Below are positions 13,801-28,800 of a stretch of DNA of 64,000 nucleotides, piece after piece; position 1 is the stretch's first letter, and the number at the start of each line of letters is the position of its first letter. The notes below the pieces were generated by a model. It searched no databases and was not told where the DNA came from. It was given only the letters and a program-made list of their open reading frames with translations. Source of the DNA: Phoronis australis (taxonomy: Eukaryota > Animalia > Phoronida); contig NMRA01000038.1 of the NCBI GenBank assembly GCA_002633005.1, forward strand, positions 891,329 through 955,328. Direction: 5' to 3'. A program made the position numbers and the translations under genes.

Positions 13801-16800
13801 TCAAGTCCCAATGGGGTACACTGCTAGACCCTCGAGTCAGGTCTCTAGCTCCTCAGTTTAGTTTTTAACTATGCATTAATTATAGCATAAAAATAGTTCC
13901 AGGTGACCAGTGCGATTGGCCCCCCTGAGCAACCTGTGCATGTCTGGTTGAACATTTACCAGAATGCCTGAAGTTATTTTTTGCAAGATTTGTGTTATTT
14001 TGCGTTTCACCAGTTTGTTGGGTCTCTGCAACGCAGCCCTGCCTTTCTACAACACTCTCTCTTTCATTAGCGATCCTTTGATATGTTCTAACTTGAAAGC
14101 TGGCAAGAATGTAAACAACAAATTGTAGGTCAGAGTGCGAGACTGCAGAGAATTCACGAGACAACAACAAGGTTATTACATTGGATTTTTTCAGTCTTTC
14201 ATTCCCATTCGTGACAAGAAAAAGCGAAGGGTTGACGTACTTTACAAATATCAGTAGTTAGTGCAAAACAGATGCATCAATAAGGAAAAATCATTCAGTT
14301 TGGGATGCGACATGTCTGACTAATGGAATTTTAACAAATTTTGCCAAGTGGCCAACAAAAATAATTTCAGTGTAGGCATGGCTTGTAAAGCACAGCTAAC
14401 AACAAAAAACATTTTGTAATATTTTATGGACATGCAGCAACATAGTTAACCTAAGAAAAGTAAAGAATGGCCATCACAACAATTATTCTTTGTCCGAAAT
14501 TGAAGAATTTTTACCACAAAGGTAACGGGCATTAGAAACTGGTTACTGCGTGACAGAAATCTATCAACAAAATTCCAAAATTACAGTCAGTGCATTTTGC
14601 ACTGCATGGCTTCTGTTGAATCCTTTCTCTGTTCAGAATTTCTCATCTCAGTGTAGGTAATTTGCAGTTAAGTGCATGAAAAATACATTCAGTTTTGAAC
14701 AAAACATTCACCACACTCCGACAGATCAAGTGCTTTCACTGTTGATATATTTTATTAGATAACACAAAATCAGTACAACACATTCATGACACCCGGATGA
14801 ACATCTAATAACTGTTTCCTCACATTAAGTCACACACAACTCAGTGCATAACATAATTCCCCAGCAATCAAGCCCAAATCACCACCCAGTACTCAGATAA
14901 TAAATCATGTCCACTACAACTTTCCACCAGTCCTGACACAACAACACTCCAAAAGCTCAGCCACTGGACAAGACACTGAAATCAACTACGCAGTTGGTTG
15001 AAGCGGTCCAATTTCGTGCAACCAGCTGAGAGAAAGGTCATGGAAATTGACAACAGTTGTCAGTATGGTGTTCAACCAGTCAGTCATTCAGAGGAGGTCA
15101 GGCCAACCCAAGTAAGGCGAGAAGATATGTGTGCCAGTAGTATGAGCAAACAACAGTGAACACCAAGTGAATGGTAAAAGTAGTGAATGAGGTGCCCACA
15201 CCCTGTGGCCTCGTATCATTTCTCAGAAGTTAAGGTTAACCAGGCCTGAAAAATATTGGTTTCAAACATTGTATCTCAGATATGGCTGATCGGATTCAAG
15301 TAAAACTTTTAGGTATAGCAATTAAACCACTGTTCTACATAACACTGCTTGCAATGATCCACTTTTGAAAGAAATACTATCAAAATAGCACATTAAAATG
15401 TATATCATAAAATAACTCATAAGTCGCATAAATCAAAATGAATAGAAAACAGCAACATCATTTTAGATTTCATCTTGAAATTTATATCAAACGAGATTAG
15501 GTCATATTGTTCTTCTACAAGAGCAACGCAGAGCTTTTGAAATACACCCACTGCTGTTCCCTAAACAGTCTGCTTCTAGGGATGTTTATTAGTATTATCT
15601 CGACAATTTAGGACACAATATGGCACTGACATGAAATTATGCTTTTTCATTTTTTCATATGAGATTAGTAGCAGCAAATAAATGAGTTTATATCATTTTC
15701 AAGTTCTGTATTACAACTATCAGACAGTTTTGAGAAATTGTGAGAATTCACAACAATGTCAAATTTATAGGAAAACACTGGTCAAATTTCAAAGATCTTG
15801 CAACAGATTAAGGATGAAAAAATGCAAAATTACCACAACGTGAGCAATGGCATTCTCAACAGGAGCACATCTGCTAAATTTCATCATGATTCTTTTTACA
15901 GTTTGGCAGAGAAAGAGACGAATACCAAAAATGAAATTCAAAGTAACAAAAATGGTCATTAGGTCGTGCAAAATATAAAATATATAGATTCCATCTGAAA
16001 ATAGAAAAATGCCGTTGCCTCCTTAATGTCAATGAACTCCGAAGATACAAAGGTAAACATAAAAAATAAGATTGCAAATAGAGGGTACAGCGTTAAGTCG
16101 AATCGGCCTAAAACTAGTGATTTGTTCAGCTCCGTAGGAACACATCTGCCGAAGATCCTGCAAGAGGTTAAGGAGATAGAGCCGCGGACGCCAAAAACAA
16201 AATAGCCACTACATGGCGCCAGGGTAACCAAACTTGTCCAAAATCAACGTCAGCCACGGTCTTCTCATCAGGAACACATCTGCCAACTCACATTATCCTT
16301 CAAGTGGATGCCAATAAGAATCAAACATTGCTTACAATGGCCACTAGGTGTCACAACAAACTGTCAGTTCTCAGCAAAAACAAAAATCACACCTAATTTG
16401 AATTCGCAACAATTTGAGTCCAATTTCATAACCTGCAAGACCTCTAAATTAAAAGCTGATTTTTGTGATAAAAAAAAGGTTTATAGTAGCTTTAATCTAA
16501 AAAAACCCGCTCAATTCAAAACGAGACACAAATCATTCAGCAAGCGCTGCACTAGCAAACTTGACACTGCATGTCAAATCCGTTCTGGACAATGTGACCC
16601 AAAGTGGCAGCTGCATTGCAGACCTGGGCCATCTGACCTATCCTATGATACAGCATAGCACAGTCACCAGGCTAACATCACACACTGATTATCTCAAGCC
16701 AGACAAATACACAACCTTATCCATAGGGGATAGGTAACTGGCCCTTGGCTAGTACTACTGTAGGTAAGACAAGCCCCTGATAACAGTACATCTCGCCAAG

Positions 16801-19800
16801 CACTGACTGGCAATCTTGATTTCCTCAGTGCTTACACATGTATGCTATTAATTCATACATTCTAATAATTCGCATTTCTCTAGTTGTGCTTAGGTTCTCA
16901 CCAGTCCCTTTTTTCTCTTGTACACTCCAATGTCTGCTTCTCGGAATGCCACAGTATTCTTTAATTTTGGAGAACTTGCCCTCAATGCTGCTCATATGTA
17001 GGGCACTTAGCCGCCACTTCTGTACAATGCCACCATGCTACCATATCACTATTTTGCATAAAGGTAGCCTGCCACTTGTCATTCCCATGCCAATAAAGTT
17101 TTACTATTACAATGCTGACATTGAATTTATTTGAAAAGCTGAAAGAGGCTTGACAATTCCTTCCTCATTTGTCCGACTTCCGACTCGACTCAGAAGTGGG
17201 TTAGCAGCCCTACCTTTCCAACCCCGCAAAAGCAGAGTTGTACCCAGGATGCGCAAATAGAGGTTTGTACTGCTACAAAAACATTCTAAGAAAACAAAAC
17301 ATCAATTATGTACCTTGTGGTGGTCAACTGAAAATCCATTTTGGCTCCTACTGTGTCGCCACCATATTTAAAACCTATGGTAAGGTTTTTATTATTTGTA
17401 TGGGATAGCCATATTTTGAAAAATGGAAAATCAACTGTTACTTTTGAGCGAAACAAGTGATCTGCAGATTCCCTATACTCACCATTTCATTGTTCTCATT
17501 GACCTAAACAAAGACGACTCATATCTGGTATAGCTTGTGGAACTGCTACGAAAAAATATTTGAATTACAACTGCTCCACGAAATGACCTGAACCACGTTG
17601 TCGAGAAAGGAAAACTTCCAATTTTTCAGGCGGGAACGAACAGAAAGACAACCAGTGCCATCTCCACTGTTCAGAACCAGCGTTACTACAAAATCTTTTA
17701 GTTGTAAGACGAAGCAATAAGATCAATCATAACTTGCGATCAATTAGGTATTAATTACCAGCCTCGATTAATTTCTATGCCAGCCTGATTATTTTATGGT
17801 AGAACACATGATCAATATGACTCTTGTTTAGAACCTATTAGCATTTCAATTACCGTACACAGGTGAACTATCATACGAAAAACACAACTGCATTCTGTGT
17901 GTGTGTTATAGACATAAGGTGGAAACCAGAGCTGTCCTATTGTCACAGATCACCGACAGACAAGACGATTTTTCTAGCTGGTATACCAGCACTAGTTAAC
18001 GTAAAGTGTAATTCAGCCATAAGTGTATACATAATTGTAAACTTTCAGACAATAGTCACTTACAAGGGTCACAGATTTTAAGAACCAGTTTCATGCCTAT
18101 TATTCAGTGGAGAAATTGGTTCTCATATTGCGGGGGCCCTCTAAATGATTAACACCATGTTCTTACGAAGGGTTCGTCAGAACAGTAACCCCTGTTGAAT
18201 CATTTAAAATGATACGGTAACAAATAAAAAAAATGTACAGCACGTTACACAGCAGAACTGTTCAGTTTTGATCACAACTACAGTAATTGTTCAATCCAGC
18301 TCCGTCATTATCACGCTGATGACATACTTCATTTTACAACAGCTGCTGATTACTAAATTTATGGTATTTTTTAAATATTCAAAAATAAACAAAACAGACA
18401 CTACAAATGCTGTACAACAAAAATTTAGCACAAACTAAGGGGTAAAATGCTCTCGCTCGTAGACTTTGAAATAAGGAGCCTGAAATGCCAGTACGCAAAC
18501 TATGTTGTTTTAAGATGGTCTTAAATCTGCTTCCAGTCTTAATTCTAGGAGCAAAAATCTGCTTGCAACATTCTAATTTTAAACATGGAACACCACATCT
18601 CACGGAGAGCTTCCTCTTAATTCATAAACCAAAAAAGAACAATGTTAAGAAATTTGATGACATAAAAAGCCAACTTCTCTACCTTATTGTGTCATCAATA
18701 CACAAATTTTATTGTATATGAAATGATGAATGAGAGTTGAAAGCACCAGGCCAGATATTCCAACGATCTCACCGTAAACAACAGAAGACAATGAGTCTGT
18801 TGCACTTAGCCTAGGTGGGAATCGGAAACAAACGGGGAGTGAAAACAGAGCGACTTTAAGTTGACGTTTTTATAACTGATTGGCTATATAGAACTCACTC
18901 CAGTAGCGTAATAAATATTGATCTAATCCCGCAGTTAATGAGTTTGAGCCAGAAAGCAACAGCAATTCATAAATGCCTGCGGTCAGAACAGGATTGCGAC
19001 GGCAGATTTTTCACACCAATTGTTTCACAAACCGAGCATTTCAGTGAATATTGATAAAACTGGCGAGAGAAAGGAAAGATAAACCAGCTAACGAACAAGT
19101 GGATTTCCCCCGTGAGCATTCAGGATAACAGTAGACATCAATATGACACACACCGAGAGTAATGAACACAGTCAACATGTTTGGAATCGCCAGTTACAAC
19201 TACTCAACAACAGCAGATGTCAAAAGATTTTTTTTCTCGGAAGCAAATCAAATGATTTCAGTTTCTCATAAGATTCATTCATAATACAGTCCCACTCGAA
19301 CATAAAGAAGGCCACTGCACTTGGTGCTGAACTGCAAAAACATCTATGAAAACATTCAAACAGCATGTTTCATTAATGACTGCTCTGTTCAACCAAGCTA
19401 TCCATTGTTTTAACAAGGTCACGAAAACCAACCAAGGCAAAACCAACACAACATTCTTCACACAATTTTCAAACAGGAAGTCAATGAGCCTCACTTTGGC
19501 ACGCATATTATTAAAACTAGTTACATGCATTTTATTACAACTAGTTGCACGCACGTTATCTATTATATAAAATGCAACGTTTGCACAAACTCCGTCTCCC
19601 CCGCTCCACTACAGACCTTCGTTGCGCCAGTTTCGGCACCGTCTTCGTCCCAGGTATTTCACGAGGAGGTGACAAGCTGAACACCGGGATTCGGTGAAAT
19701 TTCGGTTAAAACCGGAGCTCTACACGGCACAGCTACCTAGCTGTATGTTGACGACAGTCTTCATACAGCTAGCTGGCTTTCTACCTCAGTATGTACGTTT

Positions 19801-22800
19801 TTGATGCAAGTTTTGTAAATACATCTATATACTTTGTGTACAATACAGAATTTTAAATGCATCCTTAATTTCCATTTTAAAAGAATAATATCTGATTACC
19901 GTACTTTGTGCTACGGCGGGGTCAAATGTTCTTAGTGGAAAGAAATTTGTACTGCCTGGGGAAAGAATCCCGCAGTCGCACACCTTGCCAACTAAAATCT
20001 GACAGTGACAGAAATTCTGCTTGGGTCTCTTTAAGAAGTATTCCTGTATCTTGCAATAAACACTCGGTTCACTCTTAGGTGTAGCTATTTCCACTCAGCG
20101 TTTCCCACTAGTTGTCACCCGTGCGAAAACAGTTAGTTAAAACTGATTCCGGACGGTCACTGCGCTAAACTTACGACACACCCAGTGGAAACTAAGCGCC
20201 GTACACGAATTTTAAGCAATATCGTGCACTAGTCAGGACTGAACACTCTTACAGGCTAACAGTAACACAGAAGTCTTCTACAAAACATATGATTTCTGCT
20301 AGGTTACAGGTGAAAATTTCTACAATGATTTAGAGAACGGGTTATTCAAATCGACGCATTGAAACTTGAGGGGGAAAGGTTAATTTAAAATCTTTTAAAC
20401 ACCCCCCACTATCGCTAATCTCATAAATAAAAAATTCCATTAGAATTAAAACTCATGTATTTTTCAGGTTCTCTACTGCCATTTAGAGACAACTCCCTTA
20501 GGTGGGAATAATCTAAACAAATATAGCTCACCACATTCTATTCAACATCAGGTGAATGACCACAGGCAAGACACGACTGGCCGTTCTAAAGCAACTGGTT
20601 AGATTCTAGCATACTTTCCAAGCTAAAAAGTGACTAAGCACCAGCTTTTTATCAAACAATGCCTCCATCCAGCCATGTTCATCCCCCACTCCCCACATTC
20701 TTCCCATTTCACAAATTCAAAATGATTTGATCAAGCCATTTTCTAGTTTTAAAAAAAAAGACCATCGGGTATTTTATTCTTTGCGAGAGCCATTTCGATG
20801 CACCTCGATTCCATTGATAGGCCCAATTTGACGAGTACATGCTCACAAAATGTGACCTCGGATAGCCATTGGCGACTTAAGTTGGTAACTCACTTGCCAA
20901 ATGCGATTTGTAGTTGGTCAAGTCGCCAAATATGGACCCGAGATCCAAGACTTTCTGTTTGCCGTGTTTTCTGAGACAATAGTTGACGATTTTGAACTTT
21001 TCATGCAACATTTCTGCACACCAAAACTTGAATATAGTATATAGTAACAAGCAAAATTGTCAAAGTTGTCAGCATAATATTACCTGATCATTGTCAAGTT
21101 TAGGGGATTGAAACAACACATTTACTGAAATTTTACTGCTGTCTTCCGATCATTTTTACATTTTTCAAAGAAAAAGATTTCACGATTTCAGCACACTGTG
21201 GTCACTTAAGTAAGAAATCAAGCACTAACTTGAAATGAGATACTTATCGGAGGTTTGCAGAACAAAATTTTTTGGCGGCATCAATTTTGAATTGGCGCCT
21301 GCTGATGCACTGATAGTTAAAATTTGTGTACCCAACCAACGCATGCTCACACAGTTCCCAGTACAGAAAGTTGGCATTTCGCCTTAATTTGCAAACCAGA
21401 TGCTGCAGAGATTCCGACTAATTCTTTTCTTTGCACATAGCCATCAACAACATACTACTTCTCTCATTATTATGTACACATAACACAGATTTCAAAAAAA
21501 TAATGGAAAGAATCAGAAACAATTGTTTCACATTGCACAAAGCTGTCAGGGACAACATAAGGGTAATGAAACAAATGTTATAGGACTCAACTGGTGGTCT
21601 AGTTTGCTGCATTAGTAAATGAACTATAAGGTCAGGAAGATTATACAATCACTATGGGGGCACTGTTAAGAACAAAAAAGGTTCAGCAACTTTCATAGAA
21701 CAACGTACATTTAAAACTGTGAAAATCGACTCAGATTATCTGGAACGCCTGAAATACATACACATTTAATTCCAACAAATAATTTAATTTAATTCCAACG
21801 TAATGGAAAAAAGTCAACTTATTAGCATGGAAAAAATGAAAGTCAAAAACACCATACTTTAAACTGTAGAACACATCAGTCACAATCCTAAGTTGGCCAA
21901 ACTTTTCAGTTTAAAACGGCACTTACTGGAGATAATTGTTCATAAGCCACGCTGGTGTAGAACAAACTATGTGACATAAGAAATGACTACAAGAACACTC
22001 AAAAGGTCCTTTCATACTAACGTCGACGCGTCAATGGTTTGGGGAGTTGCAGTCAGTATGAACGCTTAACTCCAGTCCTGGAGCGCAGTTAACAGCCCCA
22101 GTTAACATCGCAGTTAACAGCCCCAGTTAACATCGCAGTTAACAGCCCCAGTTAACATCGCAGTTAACAGGTGGATTTAACAGCGCAGCGTCGACAGTGC
22201 GGTGCAGTATGAACGCTTAACTTCGGTCCAATTGAAGTTATCACCAGGTGTCACTGTTATCGTCAACTGTTACAGGATAGTGTCGTCACTAATAGCTGCT
22301 TATATTTTGCTCTAATAATAACCAATCGATTTAAAAATAAGTTTAATGTCGCTTAGCACATGTAAAAGTTTCCAAATTGAAACATTGAAAAAAATCTTAG
22401 CGTGCAATGCTACCTTGCGATAACTTCGATGACGACAGCGGCACCAACCGCTTACTTCGATAATCATTAACTACCGAAGCCAGTATGAACGGTCTGGTTA
22501 ACTGCGCTGTTTATGTCGACGCTCCAGACCGGAGTTAAGTCAATATGAAAGGGCCTAAAACAACAATGGCTTGGACCAATCAGATCATTCAGAACCTGCT
22601 GTGAACAATTCTCTCTTGAACTGCAAAACTCGAGTCGGTCAAAATAAGACTTTTAACAAAAATAAAACATGAAAAATATCAAAATATTGGAAAACACCAA
22701 CAGCAACTTAAAACAAATTAGTAACGAAAATAGCACTTTGTATCCCGTTTCAGCGGCACATAGAAAATCGGCAGACTCGGGCCTAGCACCCAACTTGGCA

Positions 22801-25800
22801 ACTGCAGCACGGGCTTGCATGTGGGATCAGACAAAAGAATTTCATACATCACTCATATCCGAAGATTCCAATTCAACGAATAACCGGTTACGGTTGAATC
22901 TCATTTTAGAAAGCGTTTTTCTTTCTTGTGTTTCATCGTTTTTAGGTGGTTCTCCGCGATTCGGCCACGCACACAGTAATTGTCCTTCTGTCAACGTTTA
23001 CAGAGCGCAAACCCAGGCCTTTGTTGGTTGCGAACACATTTACTGTTTCTTTTATCTTATTTTTCCACGAAATACTCTGTCTACTCCAAGCTCCACATAT
23101 TTATGGCCGCAGAATCGCACTATTTGTCACCGCGATTAATACCATATGCAGACGTCAATGATGAACCACGCAATCCCAGGTGCCCTAGCAATTACGATTT
23201 TTGTTCCTCTAAAACATAAAGAGCAGTTTCTGCTCTTCAAGTCGTCGGCAACGCCGCGGTTAGAAACCAATTTACGGCGAAAATTTTATGGCAAATTCGA
23301 TTTTTTCCGCTGAAACATAACAAAAATGCACTGAGGGAATAACAGCAAAAAGCGAAAATCCGCGTTTTCGTGGAAAATTCCATGCCTTGTGTTTGGCGGG
23401 TAAAATGGCAGCTTAGAAACAAAGGTGTGTCAAGAATATTGTGTTCCGACTGGTCAGCTACGCCGTTGCTCAAAATCCAGTCGATAGGTCAAATAAGTTT
23501 TATCCGGTACTAGGAAAGCATCAACATAAACTGGATAGTTAACTTGAGCTACCACATTAGCTTCGGTAGTTAACAGACATCGCAATTACCGCTAGGTGAC
23601 ACTATCGTCATCCAAGTTATCTTAAAGCAACATAAAAGGACCTTCACCATTGTCACAGCAGCGACCTCTGCCGATAACTTTGATGGGCCCCCCACCATCG
23701 ACGATTTGCCGTTAAATCCGACTTTATACTGTGAAGTAAAACTTGAGCAGTAAAGTTACATCCCATACTGAGTTTTAGCCTTCCTACTGGCCGATGCTTC
23801 CTTAAAAACTGGGGCGTCTACATTTGTAGGAAAAGCATCTCAGACCACAGCACAACATTGGTGGGACGCAGGCCTGTTACATGAAAGAAAGTCTACTTCC
23901 AGTCAACACTATGAATTACACGTGAGACTTCATTTAACATCATACACCCCACACCCCACCGCCACACTTGACAAGTTCATTCACGTCCAAAGTATTGAAG
24001 TCCAACAAACCAAATAACACTCCAAAGCCTTAGCAAACACTTGCCATGTTTAAAAAGACAACATCTGAACCTGTTGTCCTAACATACAGCCACCCTAAAA
24101 TCCCACCAATTTCGGACAAGACAAGGCAAACAAATTTTCACTTTTCCATTAAGGACAAGCAGGACAAAATAACTGCTTCATCCCATTTAACTTCCATACC
24201 ATAGCTACCACCAGACAATGTTCTGAGAAATTGCATACATTCACAAAAATGTTCAAGAAATACGAAAAATGAAGAAAATAGATTTTGACATTTTTGACCA
24301 GCAAGTGGTGAGATTTGACCATAACCTGTGTCCAGAGCATACTACAAGAGCAACGCGGAGCATTGAAATGCGCCCACAAATGCATCGCAAATGGTATGCT
24401 TTTAGAGTTGTTTATTTGTATCATCAAAATGGCCACTAGATGGCGCAAAATACGTCGAATCCGTCTGAAAACCAAAAAATGTCATCGTTTCGTTAAAAGA
24501 AAGCCATTTACCAAATTTCATTAAAATTCATCAAGGAACTTCAGAGTAACAGAGAAAAATGAAATTGCCACTAGGGGCACAGTGTTTGTGGGATCCTTCT
24601 AAAAGTTATTGTCTTCTCTTGTTAACTTTATACAAATACACGAGCTGAATTTAATAAAGATCCTGCAGAGGACTTAGAAGATACAAGTATGGGTGAAAAA
24701 ACAAAACCACCACTAGGAGGTGCCACAGTAGTCGAAGTAGGCGGAAATTACTCGTCAACCGTCCCCTTCATAGAAAGAACATACACGCCAACTTTCACAA
24801 TCATCCTTAGAGGGGTTTGGTTGACAGAGGGAGGGACTCGAAAACAGAAAAAAAAATGGCCACAAGGTGGTGCAAAATACCTTGAATCAATACGAAGATC
24901 AATGGCTAGCGTCACCTCACTAATAGATGTCTATGTGCTAAATTTTATGGAAATTCGTTGAGGACCTTTCAAGATACGGAGGTAAACGTAAAAAACTGTA
25001 ATTGCCACTAGGGGGCACACCGGTACCCGATCTGTCCGAAAGTCGCCGTCGCAAAAACAAACAAAACTGCTACTAGGACGCGCCACGGTGGTCGAAGTCG
25101 TCAGAAAATCATCGTCAACTGTCTTCTTTATAGTAAGAACATGTATGCCAATTTTCACAATCATCCTTCGAGTGGTTTGGTTGTTAGAGGGGCAGACGCC
25201 AAAAAACGACTCGAAAATACTAAAAATGGCCACTAGATGGTGTAAAATGCCTCAAATCCATCCGAACGTCAACTTATTAATAGATGCCTATGAGTCAAAT
25301 TTCACGAAAATCGGTTAAGGGCCTTTGAATATACAGAAGTAAACGTAAAAAACTAAAATTGCCACTACAGGGCACAGCGTTATTTGGGTAAGTCCAAAAC
25401 TCGTCACCCACTGTCGTCAACCCCATAGAAACACACCTGCCAAATTTCAGTAAGATCCTGCAAGGGGTTTAGGAGATACAGCCGCGGACGCCAGACGCCC
25501 AGACAGAGATGACGGCAATATGCGATCACATACAAATACGTGGGCGGCATAAGAATAGCCCATAAACCAGTGTGCACCATGAACCCCAGCCATTAACACA
25601 GAGAAGGGTATTGGATAATTACATGAGGGTGTGAGAGAAAATAATGGCAACAGTAGCCTAGGATAATAAAGGTAGGAAGGCCCAGCCACAAAGAAAATCA
25701 ATGAGTAATGATAAGACCAGGAATGCTAGGCTAGGGACAGGGTGTGTAAACAAGACATGACTTGAGGTGCAGGCAAAGAGCATGTACTCCACTGTACTAC

Positions 25801-28800
25801 TGTACCCACTCGGCTGAACGCATCCACTTAGGCAGACATCGCCTTCGACTTACTGCTTAAGTATGGAATGTTCAAATTTCGTCGTTTAAGGTTACATAGG
25901 AACCTAGAAAAATGTCGAAATATACTAAATGTGGAGCTCCCTGTCTTGGAAATAGTCGATAAGATATACATGAAACTCCAAGGTACTGCGGTATGCTTCG
26001 TATGTTATGCTTCGTATGTTTTGCTTCGTATGCTATGCTTCGTATGCTATGCTTCGTATGTTTTGCTTCGTATGCTATGCTTCGTATGTTATGCTTCGTA
26101 TGCTATGCTTCGTATGTTTTGCTTCGTATGCTATGCTTCGTATGTTTTGCACAAAGTTAACGCGGCACATTTGAACAAAAAGTTATCAAAAATAGGACTT
26201 TCATGGTTAACATAAAAAAACTCAAAAGCTACGTGAAGTGAGAAACGAAAATTGCAAGAAATTTTGACATTTCATTTTTAACATTTCTGTTTTGCTATGA
26301 AATCTTTTTTTGCAAAATTTTACTAAAACGACATGGTCACGTGACCTAATAAAAAATGAAATTCTACAGGTCATTCCGTTTACCTCTTGTTAAAACATAT
26401 AGTTCTGCAGATACTTAGAGAAAAAAACGGACTTAGCGACAAGGTCCTACATAATCATAAACGCTTATGTGGAGTAACCGTAACCTCCTTCAATAATAAT
26501 AATAACGAACTTTCTTAAAAGTGCCAGTGTGTTTGTGAACGTAAGTCTTGTGACAACTCAAGTTCTCAAACTGCATGCTGACCTCTCAGAGACAAGGTCA
26601 GTTTGAGCAACACAATGCCATATCTGGATGGGAAAATGCTAACTTTTATCCGGTGCATGAAATCGCTCCGTTCTGATAACAGAGCACTTGTTTTAAAAAT
26701 TTACCGAGGATTTTGCGGGAGAAATTCGACAGTTTGGGTAAATGCACACCCCAGACTTCCAAAAAATTTTATTTTCAAATGCCCATGCTCAGCCAAACCC
26801 TACCTCGATTATTCAGTAAATGGGGGGTGAGGCGCCCTGGATGTTTCAGTAACCCATTTGTGGTCCAGGTCAGGCTAAAAGAGTAGCCAATGACCTTGCT
26901 ATGCAAATTTACACGACTGTCCAACACCAGAACAGTTATGGGATTTCAGACAAGAGGGAAGAACCTTTCAACCAGTGGCTTCATTGAAATGCTGGTACCC
27001 GCCTAACACATGATCAAATATTTGCTCGTCGATATGTACACAAACATTTATTTTCTATCACTCAAAACTGCAAATGCATAATAAATTATTACCCACAGAG
27101 TGCTAACAATTCTATTAACAAGACTGGTACTGACACTGAGGAAAGCCATACTGGACTTAGGAAACTGCAAATTGGCCATGAACAGCTGAAATGTTAATCA
27201 GATCATACACAATAAATTCACCAGTTCAGTGGATGTCACAAGAAGTAGCCCTTGGGCATTAACAGACAAATGAAATTCTGGCCATAACCACTGAATACAG
27301 ACACAAAGAGAGTAACTCTCCAGAACAAAAACAAAGACTATTTTGACTAGAGTGCAAACAGGACTTATCTAAACCAACTGGAGAATCAGTGTCAGTAACT
27401 GATGGGGTGCAGACGCTAACCCCCGATAGTAGTGTAAAGTGCTAAGTACCCTCAGCACTCTGGATATTCAATTCCCTGCAACACCAATTGTTCTGTACGT
27501 TGTCCTCTGCACTCACAACAAAACATGGCATGATCTTAACTTCAATTATAAATCAGCTATAGAAAGTTAAGCTTACATCTGACATTTGCACTCTCCAACA
27601 GATGCCATTTAACCAGTGGTAGACATGGAGGAACTGATATTTTTAACAAGTACTTTAGGAAGCATGATAACAAAGTTGACATTTCCCTGGCTAAAGTTGA
27701 TTTAAATCACAAAGTTAAATCACAGTAAAACCTGTCAAAACTAGACAGCTTCCTCAGTACAGACGACCTAGAATTCTAGTGATCAACAAAGAAAGATCTA
27801 TCGCAATTTTCAAAGAGCAAACCATTTCCACATGTTTTGGGATAACTTGCAAGTTATATAACTAATTTCATCTTGCCAATAACTACTCTTGTACACATAT
27901 TGATTTACATCTTGCAAACGATCTCTCCATACATAGAGCTTCTTAAGTTGATGAGACACCTGCAGCCCAAACTGCCGTAGGTAATAAGCGATTTTATCTA
28001 AAAGTGTATGTCTTTCTAATTATCTCCACAAACTGCAGATCTCGGGGCTTGGAATGACCAGTGACAAAAGGGAGGATTCAGAAACATTTCCAGTTGATGT
28101 ATCGCTCCACAAACAGGCTTGTGTGACAGAAATATTTTTGGTGTTGTAAATTTTTTTACATAAATAAAGTCAAAATAATGATAAAAAGAGACGAAAAAGA
28201 AGAAACTGGAAATCAAATATCAGGAAATTGAAAACCAAAAAAGAAAAAATCCTCTTAAAAGAGGAAAATTCCAAGCCCTGAGGTCTGCTGAAATCCACGG
28301 CCACTGTGCATTGAAGTGGGCGACTACATCGCTTTTATGTAACAGTTCACAAATCACGGTTCACCATGCAATCTGACCAGTTTGAATTTTACAGCCAAGA
28401 GTTTGCCTCAACTGTGTGCGATTTGGAAATCAATGCGACGAGTTTTAACTCACCGGGGACAACTCGTTTCCTCAACAAAACGGAACATCTTGGATGTATC
28501 ACGTGAGCTTAATGCACAGATTTCAAGCAGTTAGGCACAAACCCACAAGTATATGGATTTCAATTACATTTATGAATTTTGGTATTCCTGTCGCATTAGA
28601 ATTTCCTGTTATGGAAACACTGAATACCAAAATGGTTAACTCCTACGTCCGTCCTGTGACAAATACTTCGGGATGGGTTGGCTAAAAATATGTTTATGCC
28701 AAAAATAGCAACAAACGCAGAACGGCACCAACAACACATTGTTGCTGGAACCGCAGGACTCNTATCGCTCCACAAACAGGCTTGTGTGACAGAAATATTT

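Noticed and set aside
18082-18127. ~46-bp mini inverted-repeat element GAGAACCAG...TGGTTCTCA, repeated at ~41331-41378
   Set aside because: The similarity is real but too short to classify; most likely a MITE remnant
22669-23219. 156-aa ORF and possible zinc-finger or transposon remnant
   Set aside because: No recognisable motif set; adjacent to repeat fragments; probably non-coding or too decayed to call
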